Assembly: GCA_945860565.1 (NCBI GenBank)
Contig: CAMAQS010000004.1
Span: forward strand, 1,594-65,593
Reading direction: 5' to 3'
Source: Chitinophaga pinensis
Lineage (GTDB): Bacteria; Bacteroidota; Bacteroidia; NS11-12g; UBA955
Length of the DNA: 64,000 nt
Made by a program: the position numbers and the translations under genes. Below the pieces are notes generated by a model, which saw only the letters and a program-made list of their open reading frames with translations, did no database searches and was not told the DNA's origin. Shown piece by piece: positions 9,578-20,160 of this stretch; positions within the stretch are counted from its first letter, which is position 1; each line of letters opens with the position of its first letter.

Positions 9578-10279
9578 ATGATAAAAAAATTATCAACACA
9601 AGAGATAGGTGGAAAGGAGCATTTAAAAGTAAAAAACTTACAAGATAAGATGTTAACCCACGGTAGACGGGCTTTAACGGAATATGAATTGCTCATGTTG
9701 GTCTTAAATTTTGGCGCAAATCGCAAATGGAACAGTGATAAACTGACTAAAATTTTGAATTTTTGCGGAAATCAATTGGACGAATTGGCTCGGTTGTCGG
9801 TAGATGAATTGGTTTATATTGGTGGACTCACGCAAAAGGAGGGAATATTGTTGTCGGCAGTTTGGGAATTGTCAAACAGAAAACACAATATTTCATCCGA
9901 AAAAATAATTGTGCGTAGCAGCTCTGATGCCAAACGCATATTTTATCATTCACTGAGCGATTTACCGCACGAAGAATTTCATGTTGCTTATTTAAATCGA
10001 GCAAACCGATTGATTCGCACTGAAATTATTAGTCGTGGAGGCATTACTGCCACAGTTGTAGATGTGAAAATCATCTTGCAAAAGGCTGTATTGTATAAAG
10101 CAAGCGGTTTAATTTTGGCACACAACCATCCCTCAGGAAACTTAGAACCAAGTGCCCAAGACAAGGAAATTACGCAAAAAATTAAAAAGGGATGTGCCTA
10201 TTTCGACATTAACGTGTTGGATCATGTAATAATAGCAGGTGCAAATATTTTTAGCTTTGCGGATGAAGGACTATTGTAA
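9578..10279 (+). CDS. radC: RadC-family JAB-domain protein
   Basis: JAMM motif HNHPSG near the C-terminus. I place the start at ATG 9578; the longer ORF from 9449 overlaps recA. Confidence 0.85.
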   Translation: MIKKLSTQEIGGKEHLKVKNLQDKMLTHGRRALTEYELLMLVLNFGANRKWNSDKLTKILNFCGNQLDELARLSVDELVYIGGLTQKEGILLSAVWELSNRKHNISSEKIIVRSSSDAKRIFYHSLSDLPHEEFHVAYLNRANRLIRTEIISRGGITATVVDVKIILQKAVLYKASGLILAHNHPSGNLEPSAQDKEITQKIKKGCAYFDINVLDHVIIAGANIFSFADEGLL

Positions 10280-10362
10280 GTAGAGTCTTGTAGAATATTC
10301 GATGCCATTGTGTTCACACTCTGAAAAAATCCAAGCGAAAAGTGTAAATTTGTTTCCTATTT

Positions 10363-13242
10363 ATGAAGCAGTTTGATGCCCGCTATAGTATGCCATTCGA
10401 GCAAAGGCACAATAGTACCAACCCAAAAGATATAAGTGATATGTTGTCTGTTATAGGCATTGCAAGTTTGGAAGAGCTGATTGATAAAACGGTCCCGCCA
10501 AATATTCGCATGAAAGAGGGTCTAAAAACTGGGTCTCCTATGTCAGAGCCAGAATTTTTGAGTTCTTTGGCTGCAATTGCAAAAAACAATAAAATGTTCA
10601 AACATTATATTGGTATGGGTTATTACAATACACATACTCCAACTGTTGTTTTGCGCAACATTATGGAGAATCCAGGATGGTACACCCAATATACTCCTTA
10701 TCAAGCAGAAATTGCACAAGGTCGTTTAGAGGCTTTGTTGAATTTTCAAACTATGGTTATTGATCTTACCGGTATGGAATTGGCGAACGCCTCGCTTTTA
10801 GATGAAGCCACTGCCGCTGCCGAAGCCATGGCTATGTTTAAAGGATTGTTAGACCGCAAAAGTGAAGCCAGCAAATTTTTTGTTGACAAAGAAGTGTTTC
10901 CACAAACCCTAGATCTTATTTATACCCGTGCAGAACCTATAGGCATTGAAGTGGTTGTGGGTGATTTTAAAACGCATGCTTTAGACAATACCTATTTTGG
11001 GGCATTGGTACAATATCCCAACGAAAAAGGAAATGTAACCGACTACAGAGAGTTTACCACTAAATGTAAATCATTGGTCATTAAAACCTGTTTTGCCTCA
11101 GATTTAATGTCGTTGACATTGCTTACTCCTCCTGGTGAATTTGGTGCAGACTGTGTAATTGGAAACTCACAGCGTTTTGGCGTTCCGTTGGGTTTTGGGG
11201 GACCACATGCTGCATTTTTTGCAACAAAAGACGAATACAAAAGACAAATACCGGGCAGAATTATTGGGGTTTCTATTGATAGAAACGAACAACGTGCGCT
11301 TAGAATGGCTCTTCAAACCAGAGAACAACACATAAAGCGTCAGAATGCCACATCTAATATTTGTACGGCACAAGTGTTGTTGTCAATTATGGCAAGTATG
11401 TATGGTGTTTATCATGGGCCAGATGGCTTAAAGAAAATAGCAGGTAGAATCCATGCGCAAACCCGAGTTTTGGATCAAGCCATTGCTACTTTGGGTTATG
11501 AAAACATCAATGAATTTTATTTCGACACACTTTTCATAAAATCACCCGTTTCAACGGCAACAATAAAATCAATTGCCGAAAAACACGAAGTGAATTTTAG
11601 ATATTTTAACGATGCACACTTTGGTATTTCCATTGACGAAACCGTCACCGAATCTGATTTAGCCAAAATTTTAACCATTTTAGCTGAAGCGAAAAATGCA
11701 TCTGTTCCAGCCTTGAATAGCGACAAACCAGTAGCGAATAATTGGCCAACATGGGCTTCTCGCAATTCTAATTTCATGACCCATCCTGTATTTAACTCGT
11801 ACCATACAGAACATGAAATGTTGCGTTATATCAAAAGGTTGGAATCTAAAGATTTGAGCTTGTGCCATAGCATGATTGCTTTGGGTTCTTGCACAATGAA
11901 ATTAAATGCCACCACTGAAATGATTCCAGTTACATGGCCTGAATTCAATAGTTTGCATCCTTTTACGCCTGTGGAACAAGTGCCAGGCTATCAGCAAATT
12001 ATCGATGAATTAGACCGCGATTTGAGCAATATTACAGGATTTGCAAAAATGAGTTTACAGCCAAATGCAGGTTCTCAGGGAGAGTATTCAGGATTAATGG
12101 TTATAAGGGAATACTTTAAAGATAGAGGCGAAGGTCACCGAAATATTGCCTTGATTCCATCTAGTGCACATGGTACAAATCCAGCAAGTGCTGTAATGGC
12201 AGGGATGAAAGTAGTTGTAACCAAATGTGATGACAACGGAAACATTGATGTTGCAGATTTAAGAGAAAAAGCCGAATTACATAAAAATGATTTGGCTGTT
12301 CTTATGGTTACTTATCCAAGTACACATGGTGTATTCGAAAGTGCAATTTGTGAAATTACACAGTTAATTCACGATTGTGGCGGACAAGTATATATGGATG
12401 GAGCGAATATGAATGCACAAGTTGGATTAACATCACCAGGATTAATTGGTGCCGATGTGTGTCATTTAAATTTACATAAAACATTTTGTATTCCACATGG
12501 TGGGGGTGGACCTGGAATGGGCCCAATTGGTGTAGCGGCTCATTTGGCTCCTTATTTGCCGGGTCACACAGTTACAAAAACCGGTGGCGACAAAGCCATG
12601 CGCGCAGTAAGTGCATCACCTTGGGGTTCTGCAAGCATACTTTTGATTTCTTATGCTTACATCAAAATGATGGGCGGTTCAGGCTTAACAATGGCTACTA
12701 AATTGGCTATTTTGAATGCGAATTATATGAAGTCTCGTTTGGAAAGTGAATTCCCAGTATTGTATGTAGGCGAAAACGGTTTCGCTGCGCATGAAATGAT
12801 TTTAGATACCCGTAAGTTCAAAACCACCGCCCATGTAGAAGCAGAAGACATTGCCAAACGTTTGATGGATTATGGTTATCATGCTCCAACCTTAAGTTTT
12901 CCAGTTGCCGGTACATTGATGATTGAGCCTACAGAAAGCGAAAGCAAATCGGAATTGGATCGTTTTTGTGACGCGTTGTTGAGCATTCGTGAAGAAATTC
13001 GTGAAATTGAAAACGGAACAGTTTCTCAAGAAAGCAATGTGTTAAAAAATGCGCCACATACTGCGTCAGAGGTGATTTCTGATTCATGGAGTTTTGATTA
13101 TTCCAGAGAAAAAGCGGCGTATCCAATGCCTTACCTTCGTGATTTCAAATTCTGGCCAACTGTGGCAAGGGTAAATAGCACGTTCGGGGACAGAAATTTG
13201 GTATGTGCTTGTTTGCCGATTGAGGCTTATGCAGAAGCGTAA
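10363..13242 (+). CDS. gcvP: glycine dehydrogenase (decarboxylating), glycine cleavage system P protein
   Basis: 959 aa single-chain P protein, including the conserved region [16 protein letters not shown]. Confidence 0.95.
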   Translation: MKQFDARYSMPFEQRHNSTNPKDISDMLSVIGIASLEELIDKTVPPNIRMKEGLKTGSPMSEPEFLSSLAAIAKNNKMFKHYIGMGYYNTHTPTVVLRNIMENPGWYTQYTPYQAEIAQGRLEALLNFQTMVIDLTGMELANASLLDEATAAAEAMAMFKGLLDRKSEASKFFVDKEVFPQTLDLIYTRAEPIGIEVVVGDFKTHALDNTYFGALVQYPNEKGNVTDYREFTTKCKSLVIKTCFASDLMSLTLLTPPGEFGADCVIGNSQRFGVPLGFGGPHAAFFATKDEYKRQIPGRIIGVSIDRNEQRALRMALQTREQHIKRQNATSNICTAQVLLSIMASMYGVYHGPDGLKKIAGRIHAQTRVLDQAIATLGYENINEFYFDTLFIKSPVSTATIKSIAEKHEVNFRYFNDAHFGISIDETVTESDLAKILTILAEAKNASVPALNSDKPVANNWPTWASRNSNFMTHPVFNSYHTEHEMLRYIKRLESKDLSLCHSMIALGSCTMKLNATTEMIPVTWPEFNSLHPFTPVEQVPGYQQIIDELDRDLSNITGFAKMSLQPNAGSQGEYSGLMVIREYFKDRGEGHRNIALIPSSAHGTNPASAVMAGMKVVVTKCDDNGNIDVADLREKAELHKNDLAVLMVTYPSTHGVFESAICEITQLIHDCGGQVYMDGANMNAQVGLTSPGLIGADVCHLNLHKTFCIPHGGGGPGMGPIGVAAHLAPYLPGHTVTKTGGDKAMRAVSASPWGSASILLISYAYIKMMGGSGLTMATKLAILNANYMKSRLESEFPVLYVGENGFAAHEMILDTRKFKTTAHVEAEDIAKRLMDYGYHAPTLSFPVAGTLMIEPTESESKSELDRFCDALLSIREEIREIENGTVSQESNVLKNAPHTASEVISDSWSFDYSREKAAYPMPYLRDFKFWPTVARVNSTFGDRNLVCACLPIEAYAEA

Positions 13243-13256
13243 TAGCAATTGAATTT

Positions 13257-13297
13257 TATAAACGCAAAACGGGGCTATTAGCCCCGTTTTGCGTTTA
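13257..13297. terminator. 19-bp perfect palindrome between convergent gcvP and tsaE (ataaacgcaaaacggggct-att-agccccgttttgcgtttat)
   Basis: Read directly from the sequence. The right arm encodes the last codons and the stop of tsaE. Confidence 0.6.
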
Positions 13298-13715
13298 TTG
13301 CATAAACTCTTGAATGTTCTTTATGCGAAATTTGCACTTGAATATAAGGTGTTGATCCTATGAATTCCATTCCAATTTCAGGCCACTCAATCAGCCATAT
13401 TCCGTTTGAATGGTGCAAGTTATCTGCAATTCCAGCTTCTACAAGTTCATGGGCATCTTCAATGCGATACCAATCGCTGTGAAAGAGAATTTTCCCATTG
13501 TCTAATTTGTACTCATTTACCAATCCATAAGTTGGGCTACTCACTTTTCCATTGAAGCCAAGCTGCCTGCACAAAGCACGTATGAGCGTTGTTTTACCCG
13601 CTCCCAAATCCCCCGAAAAACAAAAAATAGAAAACGACGAACTTAAACCCAGGAGTGAATCAATCACGGTTTGAATTTCAGTCTCAGCGCATTCAAATTC
13701 TTGGTCTAAAATCAT
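13278..13715 (-). CDS. tsaE: tRNA t6A37 biosynthesis ATPase TsaE
   Basis: P-loop GDLGAGKTT, about 145 aa. The start ATG at 13715 overlaps the porX stop (ATGA). Confidence 0.85.
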   Translation of the reverse strand: MILDQEFECAETEIQTVIDSLLGLSSSFSIFCFSGDLGAGKTTLIRALCRQLGFNGKVSSPTYGLVNEYKLDNGKILFHSDWYRIEDAHELVEAGIADNLHHSNGIWLIEWPEIGMEFIGSTPYIQVQISHKEHSRVYAINAKRG

Positions 13716-15265
13716 TGTATTTTGGGACTCAAAGTAATGAGGGGACAACACATTTCTTCCATGCTAATGCCTCCATGTTGGAAGGTGTTTTTATAATAAT
13801 TTACGTAATAATTGTAGTTATTTGGGTAGGCAAAAAAGTCGTTTTCTTTGGCAAATATGAACAAACTACTCAAATGCAACAAAGGCAATCCCACAGAACG
13901 TGGATTTTTAACTTCATATACATCTTTGTAGTTGTAAGTCAGGTTTTTCCCTTGTTTATAGCGTAAATTGGTGTTTACATTTTTGTCTCCAATCACTCTT
14001 ACGGCATCCTTCACTCGGGTGCTGCCGTGGTCTGTGGTGATTATTATTTTGCAGGGTTTTTCACTGATTTTTTGTAGAACTTCCCACAGAGGAGAGTGTT
14101 TAAACCAGGTTGCTGTGACATTGCGGTAAGCGGCTTCGTCATCGGCCAATTCACGAACGATATTTACATCGGTTCGGGCATGGGAAAAACTGTCAACAAA
14201 ATTGTAAACTATCACATTCAACTTGTTGTTTTTCATGTTGTTGATTTGATCTACCAAGCTTTTTCCGGCTTCTAAATGGGTGATTTTTGTGTAGCTAAAC
14301 TTTATGTCTCTGCGCAATCTTTTTAGTTGTTCGTGTAAAAATTCTTTTTCATATAGATTTTTACCACCTTCGTCTTCGTCGTTTGACCACATATCTGGAA
14401 ATGCATTTTCAATTTCTAAAGGCATCATGCCACTGAAGATGGCATTGCGGCAGTATTGCGTGGTGGTAGGCAAAATGCTCAAATAGAGGTCTTCGCTATC
14501 GGTTCTGTAATTTTCATTGATGATTTCAGAAATGGCTCTCCATTGGTCAAAGCGCAGGTTATCGAGAAGTATGAAATACACAGGAACATCGTCGTCGAGC
14601 AAGGGGTTCACTGCCTTTCTAAACAAATTGTGAGACCAGATTAGTTCGTCGTTTTTTTGATTTACCAGGTCGGAATAATTTTGGGTAATGAATTTGCAAA
14701 AACTGCGGTTTGCATCAGACTTTTGTGTTTCTAGCACTTCTTTCATGCCTTCTTCGTTGGTTTCGTCTAATTCCATTTCCCAATAGACCAATTTTTTATA
14801 GACATCTTTCCATTCTTGAAAGCTTAGTTTATCGGAAACACTCATGCCAATTTGCATAAATTCCCGTTGGTAACCTTGGGTGGTGCGTTGGCTAACCAAT
14901 CTTTTTTCGTCTAAATTCTTTTTGATGCTCAGCAGAATTTGATTGGGATTAACGGGTTTTATGAGGTAATCGGCAATTTTACTGCCAATGGCTTCTTCCA
15001 TAATATGTTCTTCCTCGTTTTTGGTAATCATTATGACTGGCATATTGGGCCGAAGTTGTTTAATTTGAGCCAAAGCGTCTAAACCAGAAATACCGGGCAT
15101 GTTTTCATCCAAAAAAACCAAATCGAAATCCGATTTATTTACGGCATCAATGGCATCTCTACCACTGTTTACACTGGTAACCTCATATCCTTTTCCTTCA
15201 AGAAAAATGATGTGCGGTTTTAATAAATCTATTTCGTCGTCGGCCCAAAGAATTTGTGGTTTCAT
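13712..15265 (-). CDS. porX: PorX-like response regulator: receiver domain fused to a PglZ/alkaline-phosphatase-like domain
   Basis: N-terminal CheY-like receiver (ILWADDE...DLVFLDENMPG...IKP) plus a long C-terminal domain, 517 aa from ATG 15265. Confidence 0.8.
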   Translation of the reverse strand: MKPQILWADDEIDLLKPHIIFLEGKGYEVTSVNSGRDAIDAVNKSDFDLVFLDENMPGISGLDALAQIKQLRPNMPVIMITKNEEEHIMEEAIGSKIADYLIKPVNPNQILLSIKKNLDEKRLVSQRTTQGYQREFMQIGMSVSDKLSFQEWKDVYKKLVYWEMELDETNEEGMKEVLETQKSDANRSFCKFITQNYSDLVNQKNDELIWSHNLFRKAVNPLLDDDVPVYFILLDNLRFDQWRAISEIINENYRTDSEDLYLSILPTTTQYCRNAIFSGMMPLEIENAFPDMWSNDEDEGGKNLYEKEFLHEQLKRLRRDIKFSYTKITHLEAGKSLVDQINNMKNNKLNVIVYNFVDSFSHARTDVNIVRELADDEAAYRNVTATWFKHSPLWEVLQKISEKPCKIIITTDHGSTRVKDAVRVIGDKNVNTNLRYKQGKNLTYNYKDVYEVKNPRSVGLPLLHLSSLFIFAKENDFFAYPNNYNYYVNYYKNTFQHGGISMEEMCCPLITLSPKIQ

Positions 15266-15382
15266 ATTATAGTAACGGGAATTTAAGCCCAAAATTCGGT
15301 GCTTTAATTGGTTTTCTAATATTTTTTGGGTAAACAGAAAAAATTTCCCACGAAACTCATCAATAAGTATCAAATTTGCACA

Positions 15383-16051
15383 ATGAGTTCTCATCATGTG
15401 GTAATAAACAATCAAGAACCCGCGCTAATTATTGCCAATGGTGAATCTTGTGAGTTGGCTTTGATATTGGATTTATTGGAATGGAGTCCAACTGTAGTGG
15501 TTTTAGATGGGGCCATTCGACGTGTGTTGGATTACGAGATAAAATTTGATGTTTGGTTGGGGGATTTTGATTCTGTTTCTGTGGATGAATTGAAATCACA
15601 TCCGGCTTTGGAGCAAGTAGAGATTGTTCATACACCGGATCAAGACAAAACAGACTTGCAAAAAGCCATTGAATATCTTATAAATAAAGGTATACCGGCG
15701 GCAAATATTATTTGGGCTGGAGGAAGAAGAACCGACCATCACTTAAACAATCTATTGACCTTGGCCCGATATTCCGACAAAATCACCTTAACATCTATTG
15801 ATGATTACGATAAACTGTATGTTTTACCTAAAAAATTCAGCAAATGGTATAAAAAAGGCACTCAATTGTCTCTGATTCCTTGCGGAATAGCCACCGAAGT
15901 GCAAACAGCAAATTTGGTTTGGAATTTAAATGGTGAAACACTAGAATTGCCACATTTTGTGAGTAGCTCTAACGAAGTGTTAAAAGATGGATTTGTAGAA
16001 ATTAATTATACCAATGGGTATTTATTAATGGTTGAAAATTGGAAAGCCTAG
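15383..16051 (+). CDS. thiamine diphosphokinase
   Basis: About 222 aa with the GDFDS motif and an overall TPK-like layout. The start is taken as ATG 15383. Confidence 0.7.
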   Translation: MSSHHVVINNQEPALIIANGESCELALILDLLEWSPTVVVLDGAIRRVLDYEIKFDVWLGDFDSVSVDELKSHPALEQVEIVHTPDQDKTDLQKAIEYLINKGIPAANIIWAGGRRTDHHLNNLLTLARYSDKITLTSIDDYDKLYVLPKKFSKWYKKGTQLSLIPCGIATEVQTANLVWNLNGETLELPHFVSSSNEVLKDGFVEINYTNGYLLMVENWKA

Positions 16052-16066
16052 ACTTAATTTTACAAC

Positions 16067-16831
16067 ATGAAAATAGTTTCATATAATTTAAATGGCATTC
16101 GCAGTGCAATGAATAAGGGGTTGGTGGATTTTATAAAATCCATGGACGCGGATATACTTTGTTTTCAAGAATTAAAAGCCATGCCTGAGCAAATTGATGA
16201 GCAGCAGTTTAAAGATTTGGGATACCATTGTTATTGGTTTTCAGCACAAAAGAAGGGGTACAGTGGAGTTGGAATTATAAGTAAAGAAGAACCTATTTCT
16301 GTGGCAATGGGATGTAATCATCCTGTTTTTGATTTTGAGGGACGTGTAATTCAGGTAAATTTCAATTGGGGTAGCGTGATTTCTGCTTATTTTCCATCGG
16401 GAACAACCGGCGATTTAAGACAAAACATAAAAATGGATTTTTTAGACTATTTTTTCAGTTATTGTCAGCGTTTAAAGGAAGAATATCCTGTCTTGGTAGT
16501 TTGTGGGGACTATAATATTTGCCATGAAGCCATAGATATTCACGATCCAATTGGAAACAAAAACAACACGGGTTTTTTACCTGAAGAAAGAGAATGGATG
16601 ACCAAATGGTTTAATGCAGGATTTTATGATACTTTCCGCACCTTAAACAAAGAACCCCACCATTATACATGGTGGAGTTATAGGGCAAATGCCAGAGCCA
16701 ATAATAAAGGCTGGCGAATTGATTATATCAGTGTAACTGACAATCTAATTTCCAAGACCTTAAATGTGGGCATTGAAGCAACTGAAATCCACTCGGATCA
16801 TTGTGCCTCTTGGGCCGAAATTGATTTTTAA
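16067..16831 (+). CDS. xth: exodeoxyribonuclease III
   Basis: 254 aa EEP-fold nuclease (MKIVSYNLNGIRSA ... SDHC). Confidence 0.9.
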   Translation: MKIVSYNLNGIRSAMNKGLVDFIKSMDADILCFQELKAMPEQIDEQQFKDLGYHCYWFSAQKKGYSGVGIISKEEPISVAMGCNHPVFDFEGRVIQVNFNWGSVISAYFPSGTTGDLRQNIKMDFLDYFFSYCQRLKEEYPVLVVCGDYNICHEAIDIHDPIGNKNNTGFLPEEREWMTKWFNAGFYDTFRTLNKEPHHYTWWSYRANARANNKGWRIDYISVTDNLISKTLNVGIEATEIHSDHCASWAEIDF

Positions 16832-17940
16832 TTCGTTGTTTTATCCCATTCTTTGATGGTGCCTTGAGGGGTAATTAACAAATATTTTGTTTGCTCAATG
16901 TTTTTATAAATTACCTGTACCGGTTGATTGCGACGGAATTTTATTTCCATGGTGTACACCATTTGAATGGTTGGTTTTAACGGCGACGGATTAATTACAG
17001 CATCAAAACCGGATGTTGGCAATTGATTGTAAAACAATGTGGTGCGGTAAGGTTTGGAAATGGCAATTTTTGAACCTTCATTGCTTGTGCTCGCATCGTC
17101 TTCTAAGGTGCTAACTGCCAAAGGTTTGTAGCTTTTGTATTGATCTACAGGAAAATATTGATTTTGCATTTCTGTGATGCTGCGGTAACAAGTATCAAGC
17201 ATAATGCCGGTTTTTGCAAAGTTTTTGATTTTTTCTTTTAATATCGCTTGAGCCTTGTTTCTCATGTTCGCATTGGCTACTTCAATAGAGTCGTAAAGGT
17301 ATTCTACTTTTATTAAATCGTAAATTTCACACTGAGCAGCCATGGCATACAAGCGGTCTAGATGCGCTGGATTGGTGTAACGAATGTGGATGTTTTTTTG
17401 CATTTCAAATCCCTTTGGAACTTCAATATACGATTTGGAGAAAAGCTTTTTTTCGCGCTCAAAAATGGGAACCATGGCAATCATATCTAGGTAGAAATCT
17501 TTGTCGGTAAGACCAATGGTTTTCCCTAAATCTATAAATTTGTGCAATCTTTTGCTTAACAAGCTATCCAATTCTGATATTTTTTTGCCCGCTTGATTCA
17601 TGTGAAAAATGGCAATATAGCTTGTCGGTACAACGTTGTTTAATATGTTTACCTTAATGGTTAATTCGTTGCCGCTGTTCCAAGTAGGTACTTCAAAGGG
17701 TTTTCCTTTTTTATATTGTTGCTGCTGTTGGTAGCCTTGAGCAACCGCGGCTCTGCCGGAACTGTATTGCTGAGCTTCCATAGCCGCTGGGGGTGCTGCT
17801 TTATCATTGTCTTGGTAATCGTCGTTGTTTTTGAAACGGTTGTTTTCATTCCATTGTGCATTCCCTGAAACTTGGCTCATGGCCGATTGATGAACAAACA
17901 GTGTCATCACAGTTAATCCTAATAATAGTGTATTTTTCAT
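16828..17940 (-). CDS. secreted hypothetical protein with a Gln-rich N-terminal region
   Basis: Signal peptide, 370 aa, no family recognised. Its stop overlaps the xth stop by 4 bp (convergent genes). Confidence 0.55.
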   Translation of the reverse strand: MKNTLLLGLTVMTLFVHQSAMSQVSGNAQWNENNRFKNNDDYQDNDKAAPPAAMEAQQYSSGRAAVAQGYQQQQQYKKGKPFEVPTWNSGNELTIKVNILNNVVPTSYIAIFHMNQAGKKISELDSLLSKRLHKFIDLGKTIGLTDKDFYLDMIAMVPIFEREKKLFSKSYIEVPKGFEMQKNIHIRYTNPAHLDRLYAMAAQCEIYDLIKVEYLYDSIEVANANMRNKAQAILKEKIKNFAKTGIMLDTCYRSITEMQNQYFPVDQYKSYKPLAVSTLEDDASTSNEGSKIAISKPYRTTLFYNQLPTSGFDAVINPSPLKPTIQMVYTMEIKFRRNQPVQVIYKNIEQTKYLLITPQGTIKEWDKTTN

Positions 17941-17980
17941 AAAAGAGTACCCTTAATACGTTAACGACGAAAAAGGTAAA

Positions 17981-19147
17981 TTAGTATTCTAAGCTTCCCC
18001 AATGTCCGCTTATAGTGAGTTTTTTGTTTTCGCTTTCAACTGTATGTCCAATAATTTGAGAATCAATGTTGTAGCGAGCTGCAATGGCAATCATTTTTTC
18101 AGCATTTTCTTGATTGGTGTAAATTTCCAATCGTTGTCCCATATTAAACACCTTAAACATTTCTTTCCACTCGGTTTGAGATTCTTGTTGAATTAATTCA
18201 AAAAGGGGAGGAATAGGCAAAAGGTTGTTTTTTATAACATGTACCTTATCCACAAAATGCAGCACTTTTGTTTGTCCGCCGCCAGAGCAATGTACCATTC
18301 CGTAAATTGAACTTCTACCAATTTCGTCAAAGATGGTTTTTACCATGGGAGCATACGTTCTGGTGGGAGACAGAACCAACTTCCCTGCATTTACGGGCGC
18401 ATTTTCTATGGTATCTGTTAGGTTTTTTGAACCGCAATACACCACATCATTTGGCAGTGAATTGTCGAAAGATTCGGGGTATATGTCTCTATATTTCGAA
18501 GAGAAAACATCGTGGCGGGCAGAAGTCAATCCATTGCTCCCCATACCACCATTGTATTCATTTTCATAGCTCGCTTGTCCGTAGCTAGCAAAACCAACAA
18601 TCACTTGATTCGGACCAATGTTTGCATTGTTTATAACATCGGCACGTCGTCCATAGGCCATCATGGTAGAATCTACAATAATGGTTTTAACTAAATCGCC
18701 AACGTCAGCAGTTTCGCCTCCAGTGGTTACAATGTCAATACCATGTTCTTTCATGGTAGCACAAAATTCTTCGGAGCCTTCTATGATGGCAGAAATGACT
18801 TCACCTGGAATGTTGTTTTTATTTCTTCCAATGGTGCTAGACAATAAAAATGGACCGGTAAATCCAGCACAGATTAAATCGTCGGTATTCATTACTATGG
18901 CGTCTTGCGCAATGCCCTTCCAGACGCTTAAATCGCTGGTTTCTTTCCAATAAATATAGGCCAAACTGCTTTTGGTGCCGGCGCCATCGGCATGCACCAC
19001 CGAACACATTTCTGGATTTTGGGTTAAATAATCGGGAATAATCTTGCAGAAAGCCTTGGGAAACAAGCCTTTGTCTACATTTTGTATTGCCTGATGTACA
19101 TCTTCTTTTTGCGAGGATACACCACGACGGGCATACTTGTCTAACAT
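17981..19147 (-). CDS. AIR synthase-related (PurM-like) protein
   Basis: 388 aa. The N-terminal DGAGTK motif and overall pattern fit the PurM/AIR synthase family. Confidence 0.75.
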   Translation of the reverse strand: MLDKYARRGVSSQKEDVHQAIQNVDKGLFPKAFCKIIPDYLTQNPEMCSVVHADGAGTKSSLAYIYWKETSDLSVWKGIAQDAIVMNTDDLICAGFTGPFLLSSTIGRNKNNIPGEVISAIIEGSEEFCATMKEHGIDIVTTGGETADVGDLVKTIIVDSTMMAYGRRADVINNANIGPNQVIVGFASYGQASYENEYNGGMGSNGLTSARHDVFSSKYRDIYPESFDNSLPNDVVYCGSKNLTDTIENAPVNAGKLVLSPTRTYAPMVKTIFDEIGRSSIYGMVHCSGGGQTKVLHFVDKVHVIKNNLLPIPPLFELIQQESQTEWKEMFKVFNMGQRLEIYTNQENAEKMIAIAARYNIDSQIIGHTVESENKKLTISGHWGSLEY

Positions 19148-19189
19148 GGTGCAAATATATTCATATTCAAAGCGCCAACATTGTAAAAC

Positions 19190-19678
19190 TCATTTTTTTG
19201 GCTTTTTAAGTTGATTTGGTTCATATCTATTTTCCATGCTATCTAACAATCCTTTGGCCCATAACTTAAATTCATGTTTTTGTAAGTCATTGAGTTTTGC
19301 ATTTTCATGCATCCAAGTGTAACTATTTAGGGGCATTTCATTTTCGTCAATCACTTCAATGCATTCTTCAATTTTGTGGTATTGTTTGTAGGGGGGATAA
19401 TTATTCCAATCATCAATGTTAAAGTGCTCTTTTCCTTCTTTAACATGGTTGTCTATCCACATTGCCAAAGGCTGAATGTTGGAATACCAATAGGCATTTG
19501 TGTGATTGGAATGACAATCGGCGCAGGCCCAACGAATGATATTTTCTACAGTATGTGAGGTGGGATAACTGGTAAACAGGGCGTGTTTTTTTATTTCGGG
19601 GGATGTGTTTTTGTGTCTTGGAATAAATTGAATTCCAACAAGCACTAGGGCAATTCCAATGAGAATTTTATTTTTCAT
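19190..19678 (-). CDS. heme-binding domain protein (single CxxCH)
   Basis: N-terminal TM anchor and a CADCH motif followed by NxxxWY-type conserved residues. Confidence 0.6.
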   Translation of the reverse strand: MKNKILIGIALVLVGIQFIPRHKNTSPEIKKHALFTSYPTSHTVENIIRWACADCHSNHTNAYWYSNIQPLAMWIDNHVKEGKEHFNIDDWNNYPPYKQYHKIEECIEVIDENEMPLNSYTWMHENAKLNDLQKHEFKLWAKGLLDSMENRYEPNQLKKPKK

Positions 19679-20160
19679 AAGCGGTAGTTGTTTTTAAAAT
19701 ACTGAATCCAATAATCGGTGTTTTCTTTGATAATATGGAAAACGTCTTCGAATCCATCTACGCCACCATACCAAGGGTCGGGAACATTTGCACTGGGTGC
19801 TTTGGGGTCGTATTTCCGAAAAAGATGCACTTTTAATTGTTCTTCTTTTGTTTCACAGAACCGCAGCACTTGGAAATAGACATCTGATGCCATGGTAATA
19901 ATGTAATCAAAGTCTTGAATGTCGCCGTAGGTAAGCTGGCGCGATATCGAGGGCACCGCGATGCCGTGTTTGCTCGCATTTTCTCGGGTTCTTTTGTCGG
20001 CAGCTTCTCCGTTGTGCAGTCCATTGGTGCCGCAAGAATCAATGGTAAAGGAGTGAAAAATGCCTTCCTTATCGAGTTCGTGAATAAATAACGCTTCGGC
20101 TAAAGGACTTCTGCAAATGTTTCCCAAGCAAACAAATACTACTTTTATGGGTTCGGTCAT
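19675..20160 (-). CDS. low-molecular-weight protein-tyrosine phosphatase
   Basis: Active-site loop CLGNICRSP, 161 aa. Confidence 0.9.
   Translation of the reverse strand: MTEPIKVVFVCLGNICRSPLAEALFIHELDKEGIFHSFTIDSCGTNGLHNGEAADKRTRENASKHGIAVPSISRQLTYGDIQDFDYIITMASDVYFQVLRFCETKEEQLKVHLFRKYDPKAPSANVPDPWYGGVDGFEDVFHIIKENTDYWIQYFKNNYRL

Noticed and set aside
10280-10362. A glycine riboswitch upstream of gcvP
   Set aside because: The spacer is only 83 nt and lacks the conserved GGAGAG...CACCG-type core.
18246-18254. A perfect DnaA-box-like TTATCCACA
   Set aside because: It is a single copy inside the PurM-like coding region with no cluster, no AT-rich unwinding element and no dnaA/dnaN context. 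The gene-strand pattern shows no replication-origin switch.
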